64,000 bases of DNA. Origin: Candidatus Angelobacter sp. Lineage in GTDB: Bacteria > Acidobacteriota > Terriglobia > Terriglobales > Acidobacteriaceae. The notes below the pieces were generated by a model that ran no database searches, was not told the DNA's origin, and saw nothing but the letters and a program-made list of their open reading frames with translations. A program made the position numbers and the translations under genes. The stretch is taken from NCBI GenBank assembly GCA_036258095.1, contig DATAEJ010000013.1:20554-84553 (forward strand). Reading direction: 5' to 3'. Positions within the stretch are counted from its first letter, which is position 1; each line of letters starts with the position of its first letter. Below are positions 1 to 9,806 of this stretch, piece after piece.

Positions 1-330
1 TTGGCCGTATGGCAGGTTCAGCGGCCGCCAATCACTCACAGTTACGTGATGTGCCGGATCGTAAACGCCGCCGCTGCTGTGTCGCCAGAGCACGAGTCCG
101 CTTAGCGCGATGAAAATCGTGCTTACCGAGATGATGCAAAAGAACATTGCTATCCGGCCACGCTGGAGCCTGCTGGTTCGCGACGGCCACGGATCACGAT
201 GGCCGTTGTCGCCGTCGTCGCCCCCGCCGAAGCCGCGCCGGAATGGGATCTTGCCCGGTCCGCCGCCGCCAAGCCTGGGTTTTTCCTCTGCCTTGCGTCG
301 GACGTCAACCTGTTCGCGGGTGATTGGCAT
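1..330 (-). CDS. probable heme-copper oxidase subunit III, N-terminal part (runs off the window edge)
   Basis: Absent from the ORF track because it has no stop inside the window. My manual reverse-strand translation from ATG 330..328 stays open to position 1 (MPITREQVDVRRKAEEKP...RIAMFFCIISVSTIFIALSGLVLWRH...). It starts 6 nt after the coxA stop. A hydrophobic helix and its position after subunits II and I fit subunit III. Confidence 0.5.
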   Translation of the reverse strand, partial: MPITREQVDVRRKAEEKPRLGGGGPGKIPFRRGFGGGDDGDNGHRDPWPSRTSRLQRGRIAMFFCIISVSTIFIALSGLVLWRHSSGGVYDPAHHVTVSDWRPLNLPYGQ

Positions 331-336
331 AACACA

Positions 337-2106
337 TCAGATGGATTTTCCAGCTTCACCGCTGTCCGGCGCATTCTGCATCACGAAATCCGCAGCCTGA
401 CTGGGAAGGCTGTACTCATAGGCACCATGGTGAACTGCTGGGCTTTCATTCCCGAATCCAGAGACCGGCGCGGGTGAGGGAAGTGTCCACTCCAGGCTGG
501 TGCAATCCCAGGGATTAGCCACGCTGTGTTGGCCTTTGAACATGCTGCGGAAGAAGTTCCAGAGGAACACCGCTTGACCGGCAATGGTGACGATGGCGGC
601 CAGCGTAATGAAGCGCTGCAGGGGGACCATGGCTGCCACGTATTGTACGCCGTTTAATTCCGAGTAGCGTCGAGGATGGCCCGCCGCTCCCAGCAAGTGC
701 ATGGGGACGAAAATCGCGTAGGCACCTAGAAAGGTGATCCAGAAGTGAATGGCTCCGAGTCGCTCGCTCATCATGCGACCGAACATCTTGGGAAACCAGA
801 AATGCGTGGCGGCAAAGATGGCAAAGAGTCCCGCCATGGCCATGATCAGGTGGAAATGCGCAACCACAAAGTACGTGTCGTGCAGATAGATATCGAGAGC
901 CGGTTGCGCGAGAAGCGGCCCAGTGAGCCCACCTGTAATGAACAGTGAAACGAATCCAATCGAAAACAGCAGAGGCGTGGTGAAGCGGATTTTCCCGCCG
1001 TAAATTGTCCCTAGCCAATTAAAGACCTTGATGGCCGAGGGAACCGCAATCGCAGTGGTGAGTCCGGAAAAGGCCATTCCTGTATACGGATTCATTCCAC
1101 TCACGAACATATGATGGCCCCAGACCATAAAGCCCATTGCGCCAATCGCGATCGTCGCTCCGACCATGGCTTTGTAGCCAAAAACCGGTTTTCGCGAGAA
1201 GGTGGAGAGCAGGTGGGATGTCACTCCCATTCCCGGAAGAATGGCGATGTAAACCTCCGGGTGTCCAAAAAACCAGAACAGGTGCTGCCACATCAGCGGC
1301 GATCCGCCCTGATGATCGATGACTGGTTTGCCGCTCACAATCAGGCCTGCAGGCACAAAGAAGTTCGTACCGGCGTGACGATCCATCAAGAGCATGACCG
1401 CCGCAACCAGCAGGATGCCGAAAGCCAGCAGAACCAGGATTGAGGTGATGAACCAGGTCCAACAGGTAAGGGGTAAGCGCATCCACGTCATGCCTGGTGC
1501 GCGGCAACTCACCGTGGTAATCAAAAAATTCGCCGCACTCATCAGTGTGCCCAGACAAAACAGCCCGATACTGATCAGCCACAAATCAGTCCCGAGCCCC
1601 TGCCCCGGGCCAGAAGCGGCGATCGCGCTCAGCGGCGGGTATTGCGTCCAGCCGGCAAGCGAAGCGCCCCCGGGAGCAAACAAGGCAATCATGAGGACAA
1701 TAAAGGAAACAAAAGTCGTCCAGAAACCCGCCGCAGTGAGGCGGGGCAAAGCCGTTTCTGACGCCCCGATCTGGAGCGGGAGAAAATACGTTCCAAATCC
1801 ACTCTGCGGGACCGTTGAGAGAACGAAAAAAACCATCAATGTGCCATGAATCGTGAGATAGCCCAGATACTGCTCGGGCTTGACCTGTCCAATGAGGGGA
1901 ATCGTCGCATGCGGCCATACCAGGTGAATTCTCATCAGCAAGGAGAGTAAAGTCCCCACCAGAACAGCCATCAACGACAGAAAAAAGTATTGCAGTCCAA
2001 TGGCTTTGTGATCCGTGCTGAAGATCCAGCGACGCACAAAACTTCGGCTGGAAGCACCAGCACGTATGTCGACGGACGTTGGCGCAGGGTTCGGAGTCAC
2101 TGGCAT
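337..2106 (-). CDS. coxA: cytochrome c oxidase subunit I (heme-copper oxidase)
   Basis: Motifs WFFGHPEVYIAILPGMG and HHMF, with about 12 TM helices. I place the start at MPVTPN (ATG 2106..2104), which overlaps the coxB stop by 1 nt (TGATG), rather than at the track start 2202. Confidence 0.95.
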   Translation of the reverse strand: MPVTPNPAPTSVDIRAGASSRSFVRRWIFSTDHKAIGLQYFFLSLMAVLVGTLLSLLMRIHLVWPHATIPLIGQVKPEQYLGYLTIHGTLMVFFVLSTVPQSGFGTYFLPLQIGASETALPRLTAAGFWTTFVSFIVLMIALFAPGGASLAGWTQYPPLSAIAASGPGQGLGTDLWLISIGLFCLGTLMSAANFLITTVSCRAPGMTWMRLPLTCWTWFITSILVLLAFGILLVAAVMLLMDRHAGTNFFVPAGLIVSGKPVIDHQGGSPLMWQHLFWFFGHPEVYIAILPGMGVTSHLLSTFSRKPVFGYKAMVGATIAIGAMGFMVWGHHMFVSGMNPYTGMAFSGLTTAIAVPSAIKVFNWLGTIYGGKIRFTTPLLFSIGFVSLFITGGLTGPLLAQPALDIYLHDTYFVVAHFHLIMAMAGLFAIFAATHFWFPKMFGRMMSERLGAIHFWITFLGAYAIFVPMHLLGAAGHPRRYSELNGVQYVAAMVPLQRFITLAAIVTIAGQAVFLWNFFRSMFKGQHSVANPWDCTSLEWTLPSPAPVSGFGNESPAVHHGAYEYSLPSQAADFVMQNAPDSGEAGKSI

Positions 2107-2900
2107 CACTCCTGGCTCGAACGCGCCTTCAACCAGGCCGCAAAATCGGCGCCGCTGAGCACGCGTACAAGAGCCCGCATTCGATAGTGGCCGAGCCCGC
2201 AAAGCTCAGCGCACGCAATTTCGTAGTTTCCAACTGACGTGGGTCGCAGATGCATTGGGATCACGCTTCCGGGCACGGCGTCTTGCTTGAATCGCATCGC
2301 GGGAATAAACAGGCTGTGAATTACATCCTGGGAGCGCAGTTGAAGCAGCACGTCACGGTTGACCGGCAGAACCAGCTGCGCAGACACAATATCGTCCTTG
2401 CCGGCCGTATCTTCAGGATCGAGGCCCAACGGATTGCCTTCTTCCGGTGCCGCGAACTTCTGCGCATCCACACGACCCAACTTTCCGTCCGGCCCGGGGT
2501 AGCGGAAATACCACTGGAATTGAGCTCCGGTCACCTCAATCTGCAAACTGTCAGACGGCGCGGCATGAAGCCTCAGATTTCGCCACAGGTGGCCACCGCT
2601 TGCGTGGAACCAGAAGAACAGGGCGGCGATTGCAATGGTCCATGCAATTTCGAGCCGCCAATCACCTCGACTGAAGCCGCTCGCGCCTTTCCTGCGCCAC
2701 GCGCGAAGCAGAAACAACACGAGCAGTAACTGCGCGGCAATGAAGAGCGCACCCAAAATCCAGAATGCATGATGGAAATCGTGATCGATAGCGGCCGCAT
2801 CCGCTGCAACCCCGGCAGGGAACCACCAGGGGTGACTTACAAACAAAAGAATGCAGCCCGCCAGGATCAAAATCAGCGCAAGCAGAAGCGCGATGGCCAT
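2106..2900 (-). CDS. coxB: cytochrome c oxidase subunit II (CuA subunit)
   Basis: CuA ligand motif CAELCGLGHYRM, two N-terminal TM helices, and a position directly upstream of subunit I. Confidence 0.9.
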   Translation of the reverse strand: MAIALLLALILILAGCILLFVSHPWWFPAGVAADAAAIDHDFHHAFWILGALFIAAQLLLVLFLLRAWRRKGASGFSRGDWRLEIAWTIAIAALFFWFHASGGHLWRNLRLHAAPSDSLQIEVTGAQFQWYFRYPGPDGKLGRVDAQKFAAPEEGNPLGLDPEDTAGKDDIVSAQLVLPVNRDVLLQLRSQDVIHSLFIPAMRFKQDAVPGSVIPMHLRPTSVGNYEIACAELCGLGHYRMRALVRVLSGADFAAWLKARSSQE

Positions 2901-3478
2901 CAGTGCCGGGCTGCTCCGTTGTTTACGAGCTTTAGGAACTCTTCATGAACGCGCGGATCAGTGGAAAGTTCCGGGTGAAACGTGGCGGCCATGATCTTAC
3001 CCTGCCGTACCAGGACCGGATCTCCGTTGTGCACAGCCAGAACCTCCACGTTCTTGCCCGTCGCCACAATCTTGGGAGCACGGATGAACACCATCTCAAG
3101 GGGACCGCCCTGAAGTTGGGTTGTGGCTTCATGGATTGAGCTGTCAATCTGCCGCCCGTAAGCATTACGACGAATCCGGATGTCCAGCGCGCCTAGGGAT
3201 GTTTGCGGTGGGTTCTCGACTTCTTTCGCCAGGAGAATCGCCCCGGCGCAAGTCCCGAGTGTGGGCTTGCTGCGCACGAAGTCACGCAGCTTCTCGAGGA
3301 ATCCTCTTTCCACAAGGAAGTTAAGGAACGTGCTGGACTCTCCTCCCGGGATCACTATCGCGTCGAGGGTCTCCAGCTGTTCGGGCTTGCGCACCAACGT
3401 GACATCCACGCCAAGTTGCTCCAGACGAGCCTTGTGCGCCTCGTAATCACCTTGAATGGCTAGTACCCCTATCTTCAT
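2900..3478 (-). CDS. pdxT: pyridoxal 5'-phosphate synthase glutaminase subunit PdxT
   Basis: MKIGVLAIQGDYEAH, catalytic GTCAG, FHPEL near the C-terminus, and a position downstream of pdxS. Confidence 0.93.
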   Translation of the reverse strand: MKIGVLAIQGDYEAHKARLEQLGVDVTLVRKPEQLETLDAIVIPGGESSTFLNFLVERGFLEKLRDFVRSKPTLGTCAGAILLAKEVENPPQTSLGALDIRIRRNAYGRQIDSSIHEATTQLQGGPLEMVFIRAPKIVATGKNVEVLAVHNGDPVLVRQGKIMAATFHPELSTDPRVHEEFLKLVNNGAARH

Positions 3479-3578
3479 TGATCTTGCCCTGTGCCGAGCG
3501 AAGGAACGCCCGTTAGTGGGAATTGCGGTTGGAAGTCATAAGTTGTGATAGGGATCCTCGCTCCGCTCGGGATAGCCC

Positions 3579-4499
3579 TTACCAGCCCCTGGTCTGCAGC
3601 ATGTCGGCTTCGGTCATGGCAGCCACCGCGAGACCTTTCATGGCACCGACCAGGTCCTCACTCACCTCAAGCAGCACTTTAGGATCGTCAAAGTGCGTCG
3701 TGGCGCGGACGATTGCTCGGGCACGCTTTTCGGCTTCTGTGGGTTCACAGAAATTGACTGAATCTGCCATGAAGATGCCTGAACCGACGAACACCGCTTC
3801 AGCCCCGAGCTGGCGAACCAGCGCCGCATCGGCGGGTGTGGCAATGCCTCCGGCGGAAAAGTTGGGCACCGGCAGCTTGCCGGCTTTGGCTACCATCCGC
3901 ACAAGCTCTACAGGAGCCTGGTGTTCTTTAGCCTGGGAATAAAGCTCTTCTTCAGAAAGCACCGTTAAAACCTTCATTTCTCTGACAATTTGGCGCATAT
4001 GCTTGACGGCGTGAACCACGTCTCCGGTACCGGCTTCTCCCTTGGTGCGTATCATGGCAGCGCCTTCGGCGATGCGTCTCAGGGCTTCTCCCAGGTTACG
4101 TGCGCCGCAAACGAACGGCGTCCTGAACGCGTGCTTGTCGACGTGATGGGCCTCGTCTGCCGGCGTCAGAACTTCGGACTCGTCAATGTAATCGACGCCA
4201 AGCTCCTGCAGAATCTGTGCCTCGGCGAAGTGTCCGATACGGCATTTCGCCATCACCGGGATGGAAACGGCCGCCATGATCTCGCGAATCTTCTTGGGAG
4301 AAGCCATCCGCGCAACGCCGCCTTGGGCGCGAATCTGCGCCGGTACGCGCTCCAGCGCCATTACCGCTGCAGCGCCTGCCTTTTCCGCGATCTCAGCCTG
4401 CTGAGCGTCAGTCACGTCCATGATGACGCCGCCCTTGAGCATCTCTGCCAGGCCGACCTTTAGCCTTAGTCCCGTATTGTTGCCGTTAAGTTCTGCCAT
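3579..4499 (-). CDS. pdxS: pyridoxal 5'-phosphate synthase lyase subunit PdxS
   Basis: [42 protein letters not shown] is typical PdxS/SNZ. I chose the start at ATG 4499 because AGGAG lies 7 nt upstream; the track start at 4514 is a GTG inside that SD region. Confidence 0.95.
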   Translation of the reverse strand: MAELNGNNTGLRLKVGLAEMLKGGVIMDVTDAQQAEIAEKAGAAAVMALERVPAQIRAQGGVARMASPKKIREIMAAVSIPVMAKCRIGHFAEAQILQELGVDYIDESEVLTPADEAHHVDKHAFRTPFVCGARNLGEALRRIAEGAAMIRTKGEAGTGDVVHAVKHMRQIVREMKVLTVLSEEELYSQAKEHQAPVELVRMVAKAGKLPVPNFSAGGIATPADAALVRQLGAEAVFVGSGIFMADSVNFCEPTEAEKRARAIVRATTHFDDPKVLLEVSEDLVGAMKGLAVAAMTEADMLQTRGW

Positions 4500-4646
4500 G
4501 GCGATACTCCTCACCCCGAAGCCCGCAAAAGGCTCTGATTCTGTTGTGTGAACCTACTATTTTAACGCGTTTAGAAGCAGTTCTGGTGCGCAAATTGCTG
4601 TCTACGGTTGGATTAGGGCAAAACGCGAGTGGATTCAGAATGTGGC

Positions 4647-5126
4647 TCAGTCACTGATCTCAAGATGCTCCGCGAATTTCTTTTTCAAATCCACCACCAC
4701 GAAAACGCCCGTGCTGCGAGCGAGCACCTGACCTTCGTGGTTCAAAATCTCCGCGAAGTTCGTATGCTCGCGCCCGACCACCTGCTTCTCCCCGGCGTTC
4801 ACGATTAGTTCCTTATCCAGGGGTACGGGCTTCAGATATTCCACATTCATTGATTTCGTGAGAGCCAGCACGTTGCGCAGCTTATTCACCTTGCCCATCG
4901 CCTCATCCAGTATGGTGGCGATGATCCCGCCATGAGCGTGGCCAGGAGGCCCTTGATATTTTCGCGACAGAGTGAACCGGCAGAACGCCCGGTGTGCCTC
5001 CACTTCAAAGAAGAACTCCAGTTGTAGGCCGTCGGCGTTGTCTTTTCCGCAGGCAAAGCAGTGATTCTGGACAGGATGGTCCTTGCTGTGGGTAACGTGG
5101 CCGTGTGCCGGAACAGGTTTTGACAT
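4647..5126 (-). CDS. PaaI-family hotdog-fold thioesterase
   Basis: HCFACGKDNADGL N-terminal motif, followed by GPPGHAHGGIIATILDEAMG typical of PaaI/4HBT thioesterases. Confidence 0.75.
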   Translation of the reverse strand: MSKPVPAHGHVTHSKDHPVQNHCFACGKDNADGLQLEFFFEVEAHRAFCRFTLSRKYQGPPGHAHGGIIATILDEAMGKVNKLRNVLALTKSMNVEYLKPVPLDKELIVNAGEKQVVGREHTNFAEILNHEGQVLARSTGVFVVVDLKKKFAEHLEISD

Positions 5127-5186
5127 TGTTCGAACTCTGATTCTAGCACTGGGAACTCAGCTCACCTTCCGCGCAAGTCTTTGCGT

Positions 5187-5771
5187 TCACTGGCTCTTTC
5201 TCGCAACCAGCTCGGCCGCGGCTTTTCCAGTTATCGTCTCGTGATAATGCATGACGCGCAGATCGGGAAATGCGCGCAGTAATTCGTTGGCCTGAAGAAG
5301 ATATCTGGGATCATCGGGACCACCGGGGACCTTCATGCGATCGATGGTGTAGGTCCTATATATCAGCCAGCCGCCTGGTTTCAGCGCAGCGGCGATGGCA
5401 GGGAAGAGTTCGCGACGAAGGAAGTAGAAGACCATAATCAGATCAAATTGGGTTCTGCCCAGATTGGTGACGGTATTCAGATCGATCCGCTCAGTTTCCA
5501 ACTTGCCCGGAAAGTGAGAAGGCGTTGTCATCTTCCCTTTTGCCAATTCCAAGCCAACGTCAGAGATGTCCAACAACCTTACCCGCCAGCCACGTTCAAC
5601 AAGGAACGACGAATTTCTGCCGGCGCCGCCTGCAAGGTCAAGAGCGCAACCTGGTGAAACGTCTGAGAGAAATTCTTCGTTAGCGCGCTTGAGGAAATCG
5701 TCGGGCTCCGTCCATGAATGTGGCGACTCTCGATACTTTGTATCCCACCGTGTTTTCTCTTCGGATTCCAT
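5187..5771 (-). CDS. class I SAM-dependent methyltransferase
   Basis: SAM motif I ALDLAGGAGRNSSFL, followed by the acidic LLDIS motif. Confidence 0.75.
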   Translation of the reverse strand: MESEEKTRWDTKYRESPHSWTEPDDFLKRANEEFLSDVSPGCALDLAGGAGRNSSFLVERGWRVRLLDISDVGLELAKGKMTTPSHFPGKLETERIDLNTVTNLGRTQFDLIMVFYFLRRELFPAIAAALKPGGWLIYRTYTIDRMKVPGGPDDPRYLLQANELLRAFPDLRVMHYHETITGKAAAELVARKSQ

Positions 5772-5818
5772 GATGACTGCTTTAAAACCCGCTATTTTCC
5801 TGCGTTATACTGACATAA

Positions 5819-7177
5819 GTGTCTGATCGTCCACAAAACGGGTTCCCGTCAAAGACCTTCTATATTGAGACCTTTGGCTGCCAGATGAACGTCCATGACT
5901 CGGAAAAGGTCATCGGCACGCTCATGCGGCAGGGATATCGCAAGGTCGAATCGGTCGAAGAAGCGGACCTTATTTTCTACAACACCTGCTCCATACGCGA
6001 TAAGGCGGAGCAGAAAGTCTTCCATCGTCTGAACGATTACAAGCGACTGCAGGCGCAGGGCAAGAAGTTTGCCGTCATCGGGTGCGTGGCGCAGCAGGAG
6101 GGCGGGAAGATTTTTGAGAAGGCGCCGCACGTTTCCCTGGTTGCCGGTTCGGCTTCGTATCGGGGTCTTCCTCAGATGCTGGTCCAGATTGAAGCAGGGA
6201 ACCAGCGGGTAACCGGACTGGATGGCCGCCAGACCGAAGAGACATTCGAGACCGAATTCACAGCCCGCAGCAATCCCCATCGCGGATACATCACCATCAT
6301 TGAAGGCTGTGACAAATTCTGCGCTTACTGCGTGGTGCCCTACACGCGCGGAAAAGAGCGCAGCCGGACCTCTGATTCTGTGCTGGTGGAAGCCCGGCAG
6401 ATGGCAGACCTGGGCTATACCGATATTCAACTACTCGGGCAAAACGTGAATGCATATCACGATCCGCTGGGCAAAAAGAGTTTTGCGGAATTGCTTTATG
6501 CGGTAGGAGAGATCGCTGGCATCCGTCGCGTACGCTTTACCACCTCACACCCACGACACTTCACGCGCGACATCGTGGAAGCAATTGACACGTTGCCAAC
6601 AATCTGCGACCACATACACCTTCCCGTGCAGAGCGGTTCCTCACGTGTCCTGAACGCCATGAATCGCGAATACACGCGCGAAATGTATCTGGAGAAAATC
6701 TCCTGGATAAAGTCGGCAACAAGGCAGATTGCTCTTACCACGGACCTGATCGTCGGCTTCCCGGGAGAGACAGACTCCGAATTTGAAGAAACCATCACCT
6801 TGATGCACGAGTGCCAGTTTGATGGTGTCTTCAGCTTTAAGTATTCACCGAGGCCCAACACACCTGCCGTAGGCCTGCCAGACAGCATCCCAGATAAGGA
6901 GAAGTCGCGCCGGCTCCAAATCCTCCAGGAGCGTCAGCGGGAGATTCAGAGGGCAAATTACGAGAAGAAGGTTGGCCAGACACTTGAAGTGATGGTTGAA
7001 GGATTTAATGAGGCCCGTGGCCAGGTGATCGGACGAACCAGCCAGAACATTACCTTGAACTTCACCGTACCAGATTCAGCCGTTCCGGCAGTCGGCAGTT
7101 ATGCTAACGTGCTGGTTACGCGCAGTTTTCCCAACAGCCTCGTGGGCGAAATTGTCCGTGAGGCAGTTCCAAGCTAG
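5819..7177 (+). CDS. miaB: tRNA (N6-isopentenyl-A37) 2-methylthiotransferase MiaB
   Basis: UPF0004 domain FYIETFGCQMNVHDSE, radical SAM CDKFCAYCVVPYTRG, and a C-terminal TRAM domain. GTG start with no clear SD. Confidence 0.9.
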   Translation: MSDRPQNGFPSKTFYIETFGCQMNVHDSEKVIGTLMRQGYRKVESVEEADLIFYNTCSIRDKAEQKVFHRLNDYKRLQAQGKKFAVIGCVAQQEGGKIFEKAPHVSLVAGSASYRGLPQMLVQIEAGNQRVTGLDGRQTEETFETEFTARSNPHRGYITIIEGCDKFCAYCVVPYTRGKERSRTSDSVLVEARQMADLGYTDIQLLGQNVNAYHDPLGKKSFAELLYAVGEIAGIRRVRFTTSHPRHFTRDIVEAIDTLPTICDHIHLPVQSGSSRVLNAMNREYTREMYLEKISWIKSATRQIALTTDLIVGFPGETDSEFEETITLMHECQFDGVFSFKYSPRPNTPAVGLPDSIPDKEKSRRLQILQERQREIQRANYEKKVGQTLEVMVEGFNEARGQVIGRTSQNITLNFTVPDSAVPAVGSYANVLVTRSFPNSLVGEIVREAVPS

Positions 7178-7219
7178 CGTCAGCGAGCCCGGTGCAAGTC
7201 CCGGCATGAGGAGATCGCG

Positions 7220-7708
7220 ATGGAAGTTGAAATGAAAATTCGCGGACTGATGATGGATCCAGTCACGAACATGCCGATTGTGGTACTGAAGGACGTCTCC
7301 AGCGACGCCGTGTTGCCGATTTGGGTGGGTGCCTATGAAGCTAATGCTATCGCCCTGGAGATTGAAAAGGTAACCACGCCGCGCCCTATGACCCACGACC
7401 TGATCAAGAACCTGATGATGAGCTTTGAGGCGCACGTGCACAAAGTCGTCGTCACTGAGCTCCGCGACGACACTTTCTTTGCCGTGATTTGGATGGAAAA
7501 AGAAGGGAAGGTCATCAGTCTGGATTCCCGGCCCTCCGATGCGCTCGCACTCGCGCTCCGGCTTGACTGCCCAATTTACGTCGATGAAGAGGTATTGAAG
7601 AGCTCCAAGATTTCCAGCGCCACTTCTTCTGATCGGGTCTCCACGGAAGACTTGCGCAAATGGCTGGAAGGTCTCAACGACGAGGACCTCGGCCGCTACA
7701 AAATGTAG
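7220..7708 (+). CDS. bifunctional nuclease (BFN/DUF151) family protein
   Basis: PIVVLKD...LPIWVGAYEANAIALEIEKVTTPRPMTHDL is the conserved BFN core. GAGGAG SD lies upstream. Confidence 0.8.
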   Translation: MEVEMKIRGLMMDPVTNMPIVVLKDVSSDAVLPIWVGAYEANAIALEIEKVTTPRPMTHDLIKNLMMSFEAHVHKVVVTELRDDTFFAVIWMEKEGKVISLDSRPSDALALALRLDCPIYVDEEVLKSSKISSATSSDRVSTEDLRKWLEGLNDEDLGRYKM

Positions 7709-7715
7709 AACTCGC

Positions 7716-8036
7716 ATGGTCGATCCCGCCGAACAACTTCAGCGCCTCTACATGGCCGGCTTTGAGCTTGAGACTTTTGAGCGCTTTCCCAAAGCAGTCG
7801 GCGTCGTACGCGAAGGCTTCGTTGCATTCCTCGTTCCCGGACCGGACGGCCTGCAGATTCTCGGCAACATAGGCCGTCGCATGGGAGAAAGCCTGGGACC
7901 TTTAGTCGAACGCGGTGGACGCCGGGTGTTCGTGCACAAGCAGGAAGAGATTGAGGCTACAGACGCTATGGTGGAAGATCTGGACCGGTTTCGCCGCGAT
8001 TTGAAAAACCTGTTGCAAGAAACCGATTTAAGCTAA
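7716..8036 (+). CDS. hypothetical protein
   Basis: 106-aa ORF with balanced composition directly after the BFN gene. I recognise no motif. Confidence 0.55.
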   Translation: MVDPAEQLQRLYMAGFELETFERFPKAVGVVREGFVAFLVPGPDGLQILGNIGRRMGESLGPLVERGGRRVFVHKQEEIEATDAMVEDLDRFRRDLKNLLQETDLS

Positions 8037-8154
8037 CCGTGTGGGAGCAGGCCTTGCTGGATGCGCAATTCACGCCGGGTTTTACTGATTAGACATAATA
8101 TCTGTTATCAGACGTTGCTGGCACAGAAGAGAATAGCGCAGAGATGCGCGCCGG

Positions 8155-9036
8155 CTAGTTTGCGTTGAGCACGATCTTTGGCTGGAACAGCGTTCCTGCC
8201 ACGCGCCGGGCGATGGCCAGCAGTTCCCTCTGGCTGCAAAATACGCGTACGGTTTGCGCCTTGCTGAACTCGGGTAAGTTTACTGCTCCTCCATTCTTGA
8301 TCCGGCTCACAGTCTCAGGCGGAGCCGTAACCGCTGGAAATTCCGGCAATACCAGGCGCGGATGGATAAGTAGATCATCAATGGCGCCTGCAACTACTGC
8401 GGCCCGAACCTCCTCCAGTGAGTGGGCTTCGCTGAGATCGAACTCGCGTACCGTTGTACGCGTCAAAGCTGAAAGGTGCGCGCCCGGACCCAGGAATTGA
8501 CCCAGATCATGTGCCAGAGATCGTAGGTAGGTTCCGGAGCTCACCCAAGCCTCAAAAGTCGCATTGGGACAGTTAAAGCTCTTTATCGTCAGCTGCTTAA
8601 CTTCTACTTCTTTGTGTGTCAGTTCAACTTCCTTGCCTTTGCGAGCCAGCTTGTACGCTGGCACGCCTGCAATCTTCTTGGCTGAAAACGGTGGCGGCAG
8701 CTGCTGGATGGTTCCGGTGAATTTCGCCGCAGCTGCTCTAATCTGCTCAATGGTGAGCGTCACGGGGTGTTCCGGACCGTTCGGATCGCCTTCGGCATCA
8801 TAGGTGCCCGTAGTCTGCCCAAAGCGGATTGTCCCTTCATACCTTTTATCGGCCTCGCGATAGAACTGTGCCAGGCGTGTGAAGCGGCCAAGGACGAGAG
8901 GCAAAACTCCGGTGGCCATGGGATCAAGAGTGCCCAGGTGCCCCACGGATTTCTCGCCGACGATCTTCCGAACCACGGCTACTGCATCATGCGAGGTGAA
9001 TCCTTTCGGCTTGTTCAGGATGAGGACGCCGTCCAC
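8155..9036 (-). CDS. truB: tRNA pseudouridine(55) synthase TruB
   Basis: GVLILNKPKGFTSHD and catalytic GHLGTLDPMATGVL motifs, plus a PUA-like C-terminus. Confidence 0.93.
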   Translation of the reverse strand: MDGVLILNKPKGFTSHDAVAVVRKIVGEKSVGHLGTLDPMATGVLPLVLGRFTRLAQFYREADKRYEGTIRFGQTTGTYDAEGDPNGPEHPVTLTIEQIRAAAAKFTGTIQQLPPPFSAKKIAGVPAYKLARKGKEVELTHKEVEVKQLTIKSFNCPNATFEAWVSSGTYLRSLAHDLGQFLGPGAHLSALTRTTVREFDLSEAHSLEEVRAAVVAGAIDDLLIHPRLVLPEFPAVTAPPETVSRIKNGGAVNLPEFSKAQTVRVFCSQRELLAIARRVAGTLFQPKIVLNAN

Positions 9037-9086
9037 TTGAGCAAGTTCTCCATATCAAGCATGATAAAGGGCGAGCAGCCAAACGA

Positions 9087-9788
9087 ATGTTCCCCATCCG
9101 CGACGACGCTCCGCGCTCGACCACGCCTTTTGTAAATTACTTTCTCATAGCGTTGAACCTGCTGGTCTTTTTCTTCCAATGGAGCCTGGAGCTTTCCAGC
9201 GGCCCGCGCTCGCTCGCAGCGTTTGAAATGCAGTTCGCCCTTGTACCGCATCACGTTACCGAGTGGGCCAACGGTATGGTTCCTGCCAGTTATGCCTTTC
9301 TCCCGCTGCTCACCTCCATGTTTCTCCACGGCGGGTGGCTGCACGTGATTTTCAACATGTGGGGGCTGGCGATCTTCGGCGACAACGTGGAAGACCGACT
9401 GGGACATTTCCCTTACCTTATTTTCTATCTCGCTTGCGGGCTGGGCGCCGGCATTACCCACCTGATGTTCAATTTTGACTCTCGCGTCCCCACCGTCGGA
9501 GCCAGCGGGGCCATCGCGGGTGTGATGGGCGCTTACTTCATCTTGTATCCGCGAGCTCGTGTGCTTACCTGGTGGGGATTTTTTGTCTTCTGGCTGCCCG
9601 CCTGGCTGGTGCTCGGGTACTGGTTTATCTTGAACGCCCTCAGCGGTGCAGCCTCCAGCCTGACCGTGAGTCGAGGGCCGGTCGGCGGTGTTGCGTTCTG
9701 GGCGCATGTGGGCGGCTTCATTACTGGCCTGATCCTGATCAAGGTTCTGCCTACGCGTAAGCAGTACTACTCATTCGACGAATACTAA
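9087..9788 (+). CDS. rhomboid family intramembrane serine protease
   Basis: Six TM helices, HxxxN (HVIFNM), catalytic GASGAIAGVMGAY, and the distal AHVGGF histidine. Confidence 0.88.
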   Translation: MFPIRDDAPRSTTPFVNYFLIALNLLVFFFQWSLELSSGPRSLAAFEMQFALVPHHVTEWANGMVPASYAFLPLLTSMFLHGGWLHVIFNMWGLAIFGDNVEDRLGHFPYLIFYLACGLGAGITHLMFNFDSRVPTVGASGAIAGVMGAYFILYPRARVLTWWGFFVFWLPAWLVLGYWFILNALSGAASSLTVSRGPVGGVAFWAHVGGFITGLILIKVLPTRKQYYSFDEY

Positions 9789-9806
9789 TCACTCGAGCTT
9801 CAAGGT

